A DNA stretch of 63,747 nt, counting the filler, from Welwitschia mirabilis (taxonomy: Eukaryota), in assembly GCA_051453625.1 (NCBI GenBank). It is 7 parts of one record of this genome, joined end to end, with 100 filler letters (N's around TTAATTAATTAA, not from the genome) between each part and the next. Parts side by side here need not be neighbours in the genome. Positions count along the whole stretch, not along the records: positions 6,660 to 22,262 come from JBOZIK010000001.1; positions 22,363 to 46,601 come from JBOZIK010000001.1; 5 more parts are not named here. One strand, given 5' to 3'. This document shows, in pieces, positions 11,601-25,199 of this stretch. The notes beneath the pieces are model-generated. The model saw nothing but the letters and a program-made list of their open reading frames with translations. It ran no database searches and was not told where the DNA came from. The position numbers and the translations under genes are program-made. The first letter of the stretch is position 1. Every line of letters starts with the position of its first letter.

Positions 11601-14600
11601 TGTATGCCTCACAAAAGATATCTTATTTATGACTCATGCACCTAATTTGTATGATTAATTTTCTTTCTATAATTAGTAAGATTTATTACATGCATTATTT
11701 CTTTATACTAGTTCCTTCTTAGTCCTTCATAGGTGCATCATTAATCCAAAACATACTTATAATGCATTGGAAAAACAAATGCATTAATTTTAAAATTATT
11801 AAGTGATACAACAAATAATGTTTTATGCATAAAGTACTTCCATAAATATCAATAAAGATAAAATTCATAGTGGAATAAATTTTACTCATTTATTCTTTTT
11901 GGTTTATGGATAAGAGTGCATGTCCTTATTCGCATGTTTACATTCTTAATGATCCATCACATCAATAACACAAATCACAAAGAAGAAATGTTATACACTA
12001 ACCAAAATGCTAAATACTATGATNNNNNNNNNNNNNNNNNNNNNNNNNNNNNNNNNNNNNNNNNNNNNNNNNNNNNNNNNNNNNNNNNNNNNNNNNNNNN
12101 NNNNNNNNNNNNNNNNNNNNNNNAGCAAAACATTTTAGAAATAGACTAAGCAAGAAGATAAAGAAAAGGAGATCTAGCTATCCTGCAAAGAGAATAGCGA
12201 ATTTCCCATACTCGAAAGTGTTACCTACAAAGGAGAACACAAGCCTTAGTGCATCTTTATGTAACAATTGATATTTCAATATAAAGCTGAAAAGCATATT
12301 TGAGTATCATTGTGTGCATATTCTTATAAAGTGCAAGAATTGTTCACTCAATTTGTTTAATTAGAGAAAAGACTAACTATCAACTTAACTTAGGTTTAGC
12401 TCTTAACAAGGGTCATTTAGTTGGAAGTGAATTAGCTTAAATATTCCAATGAAACTCTTGTAAGATATTTAAAGTGTGTATATGTATGAAGAGCTATTCA
12501 CAAAACAGTATTCCTAAGAGTGAAATTTCGTCATTGTAATTGTAGTTTTTAATGTGAAGTAAGATACTTGGAAGTTAATTTTAATGGTAAGAAGGTTCAA
12601 CATAATCATACAATTCTTATTCTAACCTATTAATAGATAGGTTGTATGTCAATGAAGAAATCTAGAAACATTGATATAACCTATAGTCTATAATGTTATA
12701 ATTCTAGCATAATATTTATATGGCTAAAATTTTAAAATAACACCCACATTGTCCTTGGCCTTAGAGGTAAGATGCCCTATTTGACCCTTACACTGACTTT
12801 AAGGAATTAGGGTCATCAGCAAAAAGGAAGATAAATCTAAATAATAAGACATCTTTACTAGATAACTTCAAATAAATAAAATATTTCCACTAAGAATTGA
12901 TCAAATGACCTCATAACTTCAAGCTCAAGACCACCCTTTTTAACCAGTTGAGATAAAAGAAGAGTTGAAATAAAATGTTTAAGATAAAAGGGAATTTAAG
13001 ACTCAAGGCTTCCTCTAGTTTTTGACTAATCAATTTCATTGCCTAAACATCTTACAGACGCATAAGTTACATCCTCTAGAATGTTCAATCGTTGACCATG
13101 GTTAATAGACTAAGATACAATTGATTGAGCAGTGGTTCTTCTCACGGGTTGTGTTGATTGAGGCAGACCCAGAAGCACTAGTGGAAATTACAGAGGGAGG
13201 TGGAGAAGATACAGAACAAGGTAGTGTGCGAATGATGAGGAGTCTAGATTAGCTGGAAGACTCATCGGACGGAGAGGAATGCTGAAAAGATGAGGGAGAG
13301 AATCACGCTAACAGATGTGTTGATGCAACAGAGGAGTGCTCAGATAAGCAAGAGAAAGCGTCGGACGCACAGGAAGGGGAGAAGCAGAGACAGAGATGGG
13401 GAGGGGAGGAGACAACGTGCTGAGAACACGAGTAAGAGATAGCGCAGGGTTGGAAGCCAGGGAAAGGACAGCAAAAGAAGGATGGTGCGCCTGTGTGGAG
13501 GGTGTGCTCAGACAGAGGGAGGAACACAGCCGAGGTGTAGGTGATCGGTGAGCAGGAGCGACAGTCCATAAGATCAGAGGGAGACCAGGGACGAATGTGC
13601 ATAAGGGCAAAGGAAATAATGGCTGATGAGAGGCCTTAACAAATTTTAACTGATGAGGTGGCTGAAAGAATAAAAGATTTATTAAAAAGGGAATCTCAAA
13701 GCTAAAGACTATGGCTATACACTGACCAAAATGCTCATTCCATTAAGTGGGTAAGTTAATTAAAGGATATTTATGCACCCCAAAGATACTAACAGCTAAC
13801 ATAAGTTTCACATAATAAGACACCTTGTAATATAAATCTATAATCATGTTTTCTCTTATTTTAGCATTGATACTTTTATTTATTAAAGGTATAAACTTTT
13901 ATGTAGTAAAAAGAAGGCTATAACAGAGTAAGTAGAGTTTTGAACTCAAGACTCTTCACTAAACAATCAATTGACTTAACCACTTATGCTAGGACTTAAA
14001 TCTAAAATTATTTTGTAGAAGACAATAAATATCTGGTACTTTAACTAATGAAAGACATATTATAACTTCTTGTACATATAAATAAAATATCTAAGAAAGC
14101 ACACATATGCTTTATTCAAGAAAGATAACTCTTTGAGAAAATAGTTCATAAAGAAGGAAAACTATCTAATAAATTCCACATAAATAATGTAAAGTTAAAA
14201 ATATCAAGAAATGATAAATTATTTCTTGCTCTTACACTATAACATAACAAACTATTAAATACATGTCTCTCAAATAAATGCTTGTTTCAATTACAACAAC
14301 TAAAGAAGAGTAGTGCAATAACTAAAGCAAACAAGGAAATGACACCTAGGTCTAGTAGCAACTTCTAGTGCTTCTCGGATTTCTTTTTTGCATCTGATCC
14401 TACACAAAAATATATTGTATGAGAACTATAACCATCACAATTCAAGTATAGCCCACAATGAGGAATAGGTGGGGAAAAGAGGGTTTCCAAGATAAGGTAA
14501 AAGATTACATCACAAGAAAAACATGACCAAGACTTCTCATCAATTAGTATTATGTTATTTACTATTCATTTATAACACAATTAAGTAAATGAGTTGCACA

Positions 14601-16327
14601 CAATCAAGAGGGATAAAAGTATCATAATTATGTACATATTTTTCTCTTTTCTTCCTAGAGGTTCATTTCCATGACTAACAACAAAAAGTATCACTCTCTG
14701 ACATTCAAACAACTAGTTACCTTGGCCAGTTTTAATTCCATAGTTTAACAGTCTCAAGTTAAGGTCAAGGGTAACACAAGTCATTTATAGACGCTTACAA
14801 CAAGTTGGTAGTAAGGTTTATCCAAAGGGGTTGATAAGGTAGGCAAGTTTGTCAAAGTCATGACACAAGGATTACACAAAATGATAAGACTTACCAACTC
14901 CAATACTAATAAGATACTTAATGAAATATTTATAATTATTCAATGATTTCAAATCAAGCAGAATAATTCATACAAAAATCAAACCATGAAATTATAATAT
15001 TATCACCATACACATAATTATAAGAGGGGGATTTAGGGACCACACCTTTTTTTAGCTAAAACTCCAAAGTACTCTTAGTTATATTAAAACTCCACATGTT
15101 CACAAATTTTAAGGTATGTATCTATGACTTTCATGGCTAGGGAACTCAAGAATTTATAACAAAAGATTGACAGTAGAAATAACGATAAGTCTTAAGTTCT
15201 ACAAATAGTTTAGATTCCTATAACACATCCTTTCCAATCCTGGCCACTAGGTGCAAACAATAATCTAACAATATCTCATAAATAAATTTAAATGCATGAG
15301 ATAAATAATATGAGAAAATATTTTAAATCACATATCATTAGCATTGCATGAACAAGATATAATTAAGAGAAAACTATATCAAAGCTATAGTTAATTTCCA
15401 AAATAAGTCAAGTAGCTAATGTTAAACTGCATCAATAGAAAAAGATGCATAAGCAATAGTAAATTCCATAATTAAGTTAATTTTTCAATTAATTAACTAA
15501 AAGTAATAATTGTAAGTTAATCTTTCAATAAATTCTAAAATAAAAAATCATGCAAATACTTAGTTTAACTATTACTTTTATTACAAATATTATTATTTTT
15601 AAATAATTATAAACTAGACTTATTTATTATTATCAGATTTTGAATATTTAATTATTTATCTAAATTAACTAGGAATTGTCTAACCTTAGAAAATCTAAAT
15701 GTAACACTCTCGTAATCATGTTATTACATTTACCAATTAAATATTACAAAATGTGGGATATAACAATAGCATTAGAAAAGACAAAAGCATATAAATTATT
15801 TTGTAGGCTTAAAATTCATTCCTCTACTACTTTCTCTTATTTGGGTCTTTGTTCTTCTTCCATATAAAAAGCTTCAATCCATAAGAGATTTTACTTTTTA
15901 ACACTTAGAAGTGGACATAATAAATTTCAGAAAAGATGATTTAGTTTTTATTTGTGATGATTATAATGAAAGAACCACTTCTTAGCAAATTAAAATTTTA
16001 TAGTTGTAAGATGGACTTTGTGGTTTAAAGGGTAATGAAAAAGCTTAAAATAGAAATTCATCACATTGGCATATTAGTAAAATGGGATAAAAACTTATAA
16101 AATGGACATCTTCCATGGGTATTAAATGAGGATCTTCTATGGATATTATAATGTTTTATGATTTGAAATATTTTTCAGTTTCTAAAGAATTTGCCTTTTT
16201 AGGACATTAAACAATTCTTGCTTTGATATTCTCCTAGTCAGTCCTATAAATCATCATCTTGGTTAGACTTTGAAATAAAATTTTTAAGAAGTATCTCAAA
16301 TTTTATGAAATTCAAGAGGTAATAACA
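8598..16327. mobile_element. Highly decayed repeat-derived DNA, possibly Tekay/Del-type LTR remnants
   Basis: Degenerate Tekay-like termini (TGCAATACCC at 8598, AATAACACCC near 12736, GAGGTAATAACA ending 16327) and a GA-rich tract at 13150-13640. No credible ORFs and no TSD found. Confidence 0.25.
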
Positions 16328-16488
16328 CTACATTAGCACAAGTCTTAACTGAATTTGCTTTGATAATAATCAAATTTAAAAGCATGGCTATAAAAATCAT
16401 GATTTAATGATGAATGCAGGAAACTTAGTTGAACATCAAATCTACAAATAGGGAATGAATAATTAATGCATTTAAAAAGATGTAAGTT

Positions 16489-18779
16489 TGATAAGCAGTT
16501 AACTTATTACATTTGACATATGGTTTGAAGTGTGTTTTTAGGTTTTTTTGATAGGTTTAATGCTTAAATTAACCACTTTGAATGCCAAGGACCAAAGATA
16601 AAGAATTAAGAGTAAATGTGAATAAAAACTAAGTAATTATGGAGCATTTGAGAAATCACTAGAAAATGAAGCAATCAGATTCCACATACCACTAAAAGAT
16701 AAAGCACTAAAAGACAACTGTACTAGATTCCATCTACGATCAGATTCCACCTATCACTAAATTCCAAGAATCATAAGTGATAATAACAAATGAATAATTA
16801 ATTTATCTACTAATTAAAATTATCATGTAATCAACTAAGTTTATATTTTAGCTAAAATTATAATGTAACCAATGAAGTTTTTCTTTTATCTAGACTAAGA
16901 ATGTAAACACACATCCAAACCTATATAAACCTCTAAGGTAATTTCATTTCCTCCTTGTGTTCTTAGCATCAAAGTAGCTCATGATAGAAGAACCTTGGAT
17001 AAGGGACTTATCTACTTGTGAAAGAAATTCTCCTTAGTGTTAGACTACATTTCCTCCATTAAGGGACTACAATTTATAAGTGAATGCAATAATTGTTAGA
17101 ATAATAAAGTGTGTTTTTTTTAATTTTATCTCTTCCTCCACCTCATTTTTTATTATATGTTGCTTTAATACTTTATAGGATTGATAGTGATATGTTATGG
17201 TTTCTGAGGGTTAATAGGTAATAACATGTTCGTAAAATTTGTAAGTGATTGCATTTAGAGCATTGCATTTTCATTCTATTGCATTTTGTTACATTCATCT
17301 CGTTTCCACCCTACATTTTCATTTGCATTAATGATTTTATTTTAATTCTTACTTTATGAAATACCAAAAAAACGTGTTCTCTCTTTTTCTTTATCTTGTT
17401 ATTTCTTCTTTATATTCCCTTCTCTTCTCATTTTTCTTCTCTTTTCTTATCCCTTCTTATTCTAAAGGATTAGATTGTTTCACTCATTTTCTTCTAATTT
17501 TACAAACTTGGATTGACTCATTACTATGCTAAGTGTGTGGTCTATTGTAATGTTCTTAGAACTAACCTGCACATTATTTAGCACACAATATAAATCCTAA
17601 CATTTTGGCACCATTATTATGGAAGAAAGTGAGTATTCGATGGGATCAGATGCTACATCAAAAGAAAGGTGATATTATTCTTTGAATGTGTTACTTTATT
17701 TTTATGTTATACTATATTTCTTTTTTTGTTTTATGTAATATTTCTTTCAAGTCATTAGATTTGGTAAATTGGTCTACTCATTATTTAATGCGATCTTGGA
17801 AATTGTTGTCCAAAAAACATTATTTTTTAATATTGCTATTATTACTTCTATGAAAGATAAAAGGATACTACATGAAGCAATGAGATTCTAACTACCACTA
17901 GAAGCCAAAGTACTAGAATACAAATGCACTAGATTCCACCTACCATTATATTTCACTTACTACTAGATTTCAAAAATTACAAGTGACACTAACCAATGAA
18001 TGATTAGTTTTGTTTATTACTTAAAATTGTAATGCAATCAACCAAGTTTATTTTTTAGCTAGAATTGTAATGTAGCTAATCAAGTTTTTCTTTATCTAAA
18101 CTTGTAATGTAACCACACATATAATCTTATATAAACTCACTTAGGCAACTCCATTTCCTCATCTCATTCTTAACATCAAAGTATCTTGTGACAAGTATTA
18201 CCTTTGAGTAAGGGGTTCATCTACTTGTAAAACAAGTTATTCTTAGGGTTCGGTTGAGTTTTCTTCATTGAGGAGCCACTATTTGTTTAGAATAATAAAG
18301 TGTACTTTTTCTTTAATTTTATCTCTTTCTCTACCTCATTTTTCATGATATGATTCTTCAATACTTTATAAGATTAACAGTGATATGTTATCGTTTTTAT
18401 AGGCTAACTTTGGTAAAATAAGTTAGTAAAACCAAAAAAAGATTACATTTTCATTTTATTGCATTTCATTGCATTATTTCATTTACACACTACATTTTCA
18501 TTTACATTGCTAATTTTATTTCAATTCTTAATTTATAAAATACCAAAAACATGTTATTTTCTCTTCTTGTTTCTTCTCTCTCTTATCTTCTCTTCTCTCT
18601 TTTCTTATTTGTTATTCTTCATTTTTCTTCCTTTTTTTTCTTAAGGATCAAACCTTCCAACTCATTTTCTTCTAAATTTACAAACCAAATTAACTCATTA
18701 CTAGACTAGGTATGTGTTGTGTTGCAATTTTTTAAGAACTAACTTGTAGATTACACAACACACCATACATAACCTAATA
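16489..18779 (+). mobile_element. Internally deleted Athila-like element: LTR (16489-17602), PBS, ~250 bp, partial second LTR (~17860-18779)
   Basis: Two ~900-bp diverged direct repeats. The first runs TGATAAGC...CCTAACA and is followed by TTTTGGCACCATTATTATGGAA, a CpG-decayed form of the Athila tRNA-Asp PBS TGGCGCCGTTGCCGGGGA. Confidence 0.7.
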
Positions 18780-19119
18780 AAAATTTGAATTTTAAATAAA
18801 AAAGAGCTTTCCTAGTAAGAAAAACTTACTTTTCTGATAAAAAATGAGCTAAAACAATTTTGGAAGATGCTAAGAGGTAAATCTTATATGCACTTTAAAG
18901 TTTAGTTTAATTTTTTTATAATAGAAACTTACTCACCTATGAAAAAGAGAAATAGCACATTTTTCCATCAGATCACAAGCTAAAGTGGTAAAGAGTCTTA
19001 ATAGATTAACTACTAAAAATGATATAGATGTTTATTTTGCCCATATATTAAGTGTTTTGATGCATATTTTTGCAATTCTTTTTACCTTAATAAATCCTAA
19101 TACTCATAAGTAAATATAT

Positions 19120-20361
19120 TGTAAAATGCACACTCTAGTGTGAATGGGAATGACCCAAATGTTATAACCCATCGAAGACTTACGAGAGAAGAATGAGAAT
19201 TGGTTTTTAGATAGAATGTATCCAAACTTAGAAACAATGCAAGAAATTAAAGATGTAATGCCATGCAAGTGAAACTAAACATAGATGCAAAATGANNNNN
19301 NNNNNNNNNNNNNNNNNNNNNNNNNNNNNNNNNNNNNNNNNNNNNNNNNNNNNNNNNNNNNNNNNNNNNNNNNNNNNNNNNNNNNNNNNNNNNNNCATCG
19401 AAGACTTACGAGAGAAGAATGAGAATTGGTTTTTAGAGAGAATGTATCCAAACTTAGAAACAATGCAAGAAATTAAAGATGTAATGCAATGCAAGTGAAA
19501 CTAAACATAGATGCAAAATGAATCTAAAAATACTTTCTTAAACCTTAATAAAGGCTGCTCTTAAGACCTATATTATTAATGAAACTGTCACCGGATTTAG
19601 GACAACATAAACCATAAGGAAAATATAACAGAACTAAATGCACAAATTAAATAGAGTTATATATTAAAATCGAACTAATATCTAGGTTACAAAATAGCTA
19701 AGCATCAATGAAGGATGCATATCCCTTCACTAAGGGAATGCTTTTCTGCAACTCATGAGATGAATCTTCCACCCTTTGATCTCCCATCATGAGAATGTCT
19801 GATGCATCAAAGATGGATAGGATATTTAAAAGGAGATGTTATTTATAGGGCTAAGAAAGTAAAACCATCATACAAAACATGCTGCAAAGCGTTCTTAATT
19901 CTAAGAAAGAAACAGATGAAACGGATAAAGGTTAACTGGCTATTACAGTTGTCATCCTGCCTATCATGGGAATGACTAAGGGAAAAAGGACTTAAATGTT
20001 ACATTCATCATCCTGCATGTCATGGTAACAACCCTAGTAATGATGGCTTCTTTAGAAAAGATGACTCAACAATACTGGCATTCCTATATGATTTGAGGAG
20101 TGTTGTTGCCCTGCCTATCATTGGGATGATAGTGGGGACGGTAGTCTTAAGAGAAGCTAGCCTCTTTCTTCAGTGATCTTCCTCTAAGGCACAATGCATT
20201 AGAATATGCTTTAAATGCCTCTAATCATACCAAGAATTTCACATTTTTAAGATCTTCCATCAACTATCCATAACCCTCAAAATTGTATCTAAACCTATAT
20301 AAATATCCTATAAAATATCTCATAACACCCCATCAAATACATACAATTTGGAAACACATCA
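19120..20361 (-). repeat. Degenerate (solo?) LTR related to the copy A LTR family
   Basis: The reverse complement of 20220-20361 (TGATGTG...GTATTTGATGGGGTG...TAGGATATTTATATAGGTTTAGAT) aligns with the 5' part of the LTRs at 4609 and 61606. GTCATCCTGC motifs and a minus-strand TATA near 19841 are present. The left boundary is approximate. Confidence 0.6.
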
Positions 20362-21696
20362 TTTAGCTTCTAAAAAGGGGAAGGACTAGAAATTCATAAA
20401 TAAATTTGCAAACTTTCAAATGAGAGTATTTCTCTAGGCCTAGATTATAGATGGAAAACAAGTAAAGCAGTTTTCTTTTAAAAAAAAAGGTGTATAGGCT
20501 GGTTTGAATAACTATAGAATAACAAAAACCAATAATATTTTTGTAAAATTTATAAGAACTCCACTCTAGAAAAAGATAAGTAATTGGGTTGAGTAGAGTA
20601 ATTTAAGAGGTGTGGAACAGATCGGCTTCAGACAAAATCATTATTTAATTGATCATTTAATAACTCTCAGGTACTACATAAGTCCACAAAAAGATAGTGG
20701 AAGGCCTTGTATTTATTTGTAGGTTTCTCAAAATATTTTGATTATATGATTATGAAAAGGATTAAGCAACATTTAGTTGATATTGGAACTACTCATAATT
20801 TAATAACCAAGTTTAGATTATATCAAAAAGTCATCATTGAGATCAAAGATGAGGAATTTAATGAGATAGTAAATTTCTTATCAAAGTTGAAGTAAAATAA
20901 ATTTTCCCTTATCTCCAACCTTCTTTGAAATCTTTATCAATGCATTAGAAAATTGGTTTAATAAAATTCAATACAATAATCAAATTAAAGTGGGAAATCA
21001 CCTCATCAATCTTATTTTGTATGTTAATGATGTCATTCTATTTTCCACCTTAGAAGAGGATATGCAAAAGATGCTTCAAATCTTAAAATAATTATAATGT
21101 ATTTTCCAATAGAAAATTAAATAGTATAAGACCATAATAATGATCTAAAATACCAGAAATGAAACATATGAATTTGTAATTAAATAACCATAAAATAGAA
21201 GGGGTTAGTTCTACAAGACAGCTAGGCATTTTTTGTGTGAATAGATATAGATAAGAGATGTGCCCAAAAGAGAAACTTGTAATAGGTATGAAATTTTTTC
21301 ATACTTTAAAAAACAACTACAAAGCTTTAAATATTTGGGCTTAACATCTTAGAAAGCAATTTTTTTAGTTTATTATTTAATCCACTATTTTGTATGAGTG
21401 TCAAATTTGAGGCTCATGCATTTTTAAAAAAATTTAAAATAATAATAGTAATATTGAAAGAGTGCAAAAGCATTTTTTGCTAGATGAGATGAAGAGAAGT
21501 TTCAAACAAATATTACTTCTAGAAGCATGTTTACTACCTTTAAAAGATGAAGCTCTTTGTCAATTTAATGCTTATTGTCAAGAACTATTTGTATTGCCAA
21601 AAACCGAAAAACTCTAATGTAATCAAGTTTTTCCAAGGAAACTCTAAAATGTTCAAGAGAGGAAGGGCTTTGATACATAAGTAGTAGAGTAACATT

Positions 21697-24600
21697 TGAT
21701 AGGATCAAGAACCCTAAAGGGAGGGGTGAATAGATTCTTTCAAAAACTTATGCTCAAAATAAATTAAAACTATCTAATCATAGTTTGCATGTAAAATAAT
21801 GAAATTAAGAATGTGNNNNNNNNNNNNNNNNNNNNNNNNNNNNNNNNNNNNNNNNNNNNNNNNNNNNNNNNNNNNNNNNNNNNNNNNNNNNNNNNNNNNN
21901 NNNNNNNNNNNNNNNNNNNNNNNNNNNNNNNNNNNNNNNNNNNNNNNNNNNNNNNNNNNNNNNNNNNNNNNNNNNNNNNNNNNNNNNNNNNNNNNNNNNN
22001 NNNNNNNNNNNNNNNNNNNNNNNNNNNNNCTCAACCTTAACAATGGACTTTTGCAAGATAAGTCTCAACATTTAATAATGGACTGTTGTAGGCTAAGTCT
22101 AAACCTTTGAAAGAAATGGATGTTATGTGATGATGCCTTAAATGCTCAAATATCACGTGTTTAATAGCAGTATAATAAATGGAGCTCTTCTCCAATAGGT
22201 CACAGTGATGAAGCTCTTAGATCTATATCTGAGTGAAGCTCTTTTACCAAAGATGAGTCTCCNNNNNNNNNNNNNNNNNNNNNNNNNNNNNNNNNNNNNN
22301 NNNNNNTTAATTAATTAANNNNNNNNNNNNNNNNNNNNNNNNNNNNNNNNNNNNNNNNNNNNTTGGCATGGTTATAGTTCACGATTCTTTTAAATTCATC
22401 TGCACATACTGCATAAAAAATAACATTAAGAGCACAGGCATCTATGATGGCTTTTGTTTTATCTATAGGAGTCCATTCATCTCTAGATTTCAGGACTAAG
22501 ATAGTATTGCCATTTGCATCTGTTTGGGTTAACATAGGCACAGTATGGCCTTTATATAAAACTTTTTCTACATTATCATCTAGGGATCTAAGAAAAATTC
22601 TCATCCTAGCTTTTCAATGTGCATAGCTTGAACCATCGAACATGGGTGGATGACCGGTTGAAAATCCATTAGTCAGGTTACTCATTTTTAGGATTCTTAA
22701 GTCTAGATCTATAAAAATCTATCAAAGACTAACCTAAGCACTGATACCAAATGATAGGATCAAGAACCCTAAAGGGGGGGTGAATATGTTCTTTCAAAAA
22801 CTTATGCTCATAAAAATAATGAAATCAAGAATGTGCATACAGAAATGGAAAACTAAAAGTAAAGAATCAAAAAGACAAAAAAACATAAACTACTAATTTT
22901 AATGCATGCAAGATTTATAGTGGTTCGGAAACTCCTCTACTCCACTCTTAATGATCAGCTTCTCCCAAGCTTGATCTCGGATCTCTATCACTTCATAGGT
23001 TTTACCAGGTTCATCTGTAACCCTTGCAAGTGGACTTTTATAGGCTAAGTCTCAATCTTAACAACGGACTTTTATAGGCTAAGTCTCAACCTTAAACAAC
23101 AAACTTTTGCAGGCTAAGTCTCAACCTCTTAAAGTNNNNNNNNNNNNNNNNNNNNNNNNNNNNNNNNNNNNNNNNNNNNNNNNNNNNNNNNNNNNNNNNN
23201 NNNNNNNNNNNNNNNNNNNNNNNNNNNNNNNNNNNTGCCATTTGCATCTGTTTGAGTTAACATAGGCACAGTATGACCTTTGTGTATAACTTTTTCTACA
23301 TTATCATCTAGGGATCTAAGAAAAATTCTTATCCTAGCTTTTCAATATGCATAGCTTAAACCATCGAACATGGGTGAATGACCGGTTGAAAACCCATCAG
23401 TCATGTTACTCATTTTTAGGATTCTTAAGTCTAGATCTGTAAAAATCTCTCAAAGACTAACCTAAGCACTGATAACAAATGATAGGATCAAGAACCCTAG
23501 AGGGGGGGTGAATATGTTCTTTCAAAAACTTATGCTCATAAAAATAATGAAATCAAGAATGTGCATACAGAAATGAAAAACTAAAAGTAAAGAATCAAAA
23601 AGACAAAAAAACATAAACTACCAATTTTAATGCACACAAGATTTATAGTGGTTCAGAAACTCCTCTACTCCACTCTCAATGATCAGCTTCTCCCAAGCTT
23701 GATCTCTGATCTCTATCACTTCATAGGTTTTACCAGATTCATCTGTAACCCTTACAAGCAGACTTTTACAGGCTAAGTCTCAATCTTAACAACGGACTTT
23801 TATAGGCTAAGTCTCAACCTTGAACAACAAACTTTTGCAGGCTAAGTCTCAACCTCTTAAAGTAATGGATGTGATGTGATGATGCCTTGAATGGTCATAT
23901 ATCACACGTTTGATAGTAGTATAATAAATGGAGCTCTTCTCTAATAGATCATAGTGATGAAGCTCTTAGATCTGATTCTGAGTAAAGCTCTTTTGTCAAA
24001 GATGGATTTCCTCAATCAGATGTGTAGTAATACAATGATGTACCAATGATAATATAGTCTGATCTTTTAGATCCACAAAGATTATGCCAAATTAGAATAG
24101 TACCANNNNNNNNNNNNNNNNNNNNNNNNNNNNNNNNNNNNNNNNNNNNNNNNNNNNNNNNNNNNNNNNNNNNNNNNNNNNNNNNNNNNNNNNNNNNNNN
24201 NNNNNAATACAATGATGTACCAATGATAATATAGTCTGATCTTTTAGATCCACAAAGATTATGCCAAATTAGAATAGTACCAAAAAAAAGATCTCTAGGT
24301 CATCAATAGCATAGCTATTTATAATGGAGGGTTACTAAGGTTTATTACAAATGAAATGTGCCTCCAACGGCTATAAACGGCTAGAAAACGGCTAGGTAAT
24401 GGATACATAATGTTTACAAATTTTGCTTTTCCATGGTGTCCGGTCGATCCCACAAAAATCCAGTTGACCCCATGAGAACTCAGTCGACCCCATCCTGGGT
24501 CCGGTCGACCCCTTATCTCTCGGTCTGGAACTATGGACTGTTAGCTTCTTAGATCTGGTCTACCCCATGAAAACCTGATTGACCCCTTTCCTCTCAATCT

Positions 24601-24956
24601 AGGACTATTGTCTATCAATTCCTCAAATCTGGTTGATCCCATGATTATCCAGTTGACCCCTTTCCATTTAGTTCAGGGATACTAACTCTTGAGATCACAA
24701 GTCGGTCGACCCCTTTAGAATCCAGTCGACCCCTTTAGGTTCAGTTCATTTTTCTTATGACTGCTTTAGGTGTGGTTGACCCCTTTGGGATCCAGTCGAA
24801 CCCCACTAGAGGTTAACATAACTCAACAGTTTTTTTAGTGCATTTTGGTCAAATTCTTTCATCTACAAAACTCAATCTCATCTACACACAAGATGTAACA
24901 ATTTGCACTACACAAGAGAAATTAGTTTGACATCAACTGACAAATATAATCTAACA
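21697..24956 (-). mobile_element. Sirevirus-type Ty1-copia element (most of the interior lost in an assembly gap)
   Basis: TG...CA termini with perfect TSD ACATT (21692-21696 and 24957-24961). PBS TGGTATCAGTGC on minus (~22738-22749). U5 signal ATTCACCCC, CCGGTCGACCCC motif array at 24440-24800, and a gag start. 5' LTR is 23480-24956; 22507-23135 is duplicated across a gap. Confidence 0.9.
22364..22685 (-). pseudogene. gag: Sirevirus gag N-terminus
   Basis: MSNLTNGFSTGHPPMFDGSSYAH*KARMRIFLRSLD...EWT...DACALNVIFYAVCADEFKRI matches the copia gag N-terminal pattern (PPxFDGxxYxxWKxRM). Confidence 0.88.
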
Positions 24957-25199
24957 ACATTAAGTTCATTTCATCTAAATATTATAGTTAGGAAATGAAA
25001 TGTTCCTAAAGAGAAAGTGACATTAAGTTCATATCACCTATGAATTAAAACTAGAAGATGAAACATTCTAAAAAGAAATGAATTTTTAGGCTTTGTCATT
25101 AAAAAGATTTAAAAGATGAGGAACAAATTCTTCTTTGACAATCCCACTACTTATTGCTTAAAGAGTAAATGTAAAGATAATGATTCAATCATTCTCAAT

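Larger units (their letters stand above)
20430..25190 (+). mobile_element. Degenerate non-LTR retrotransposon (LINE, RTE/RTEX-like RT and C-terminal domain) split by a Sirevirus insertion
   Basis: Motifs in order: EQIGFRQNHYLIDHLITLR, LFVGFSKYFD, FPLSPTFF, LILYVNDVILF (YADD equivalent), INI.KTIIMI, ILYECQI*G, IERVQKHFL. The frame resumes after 24961 with LSS(F/Y)HL*IKTRR*...RLC...DEEQIL. Confidence 0.8.

Noticed and set aside
13303..13610. Overlapping 99-100 aa minus-strand ORFs
   Set aside because: By-products of a GA/CT-rich low-complexity tract with no recognisable domain.
22507..23855. Apparent third LTR or tandem element in the Sirevirus at 21.7-25.0 kb
   Set aside because: The gag-PBS-LTR block is repeated around a 100-N gap, most simply explained as an assembly overlap. 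A few substitutions mean a real duplicate cannot be fully excluded.
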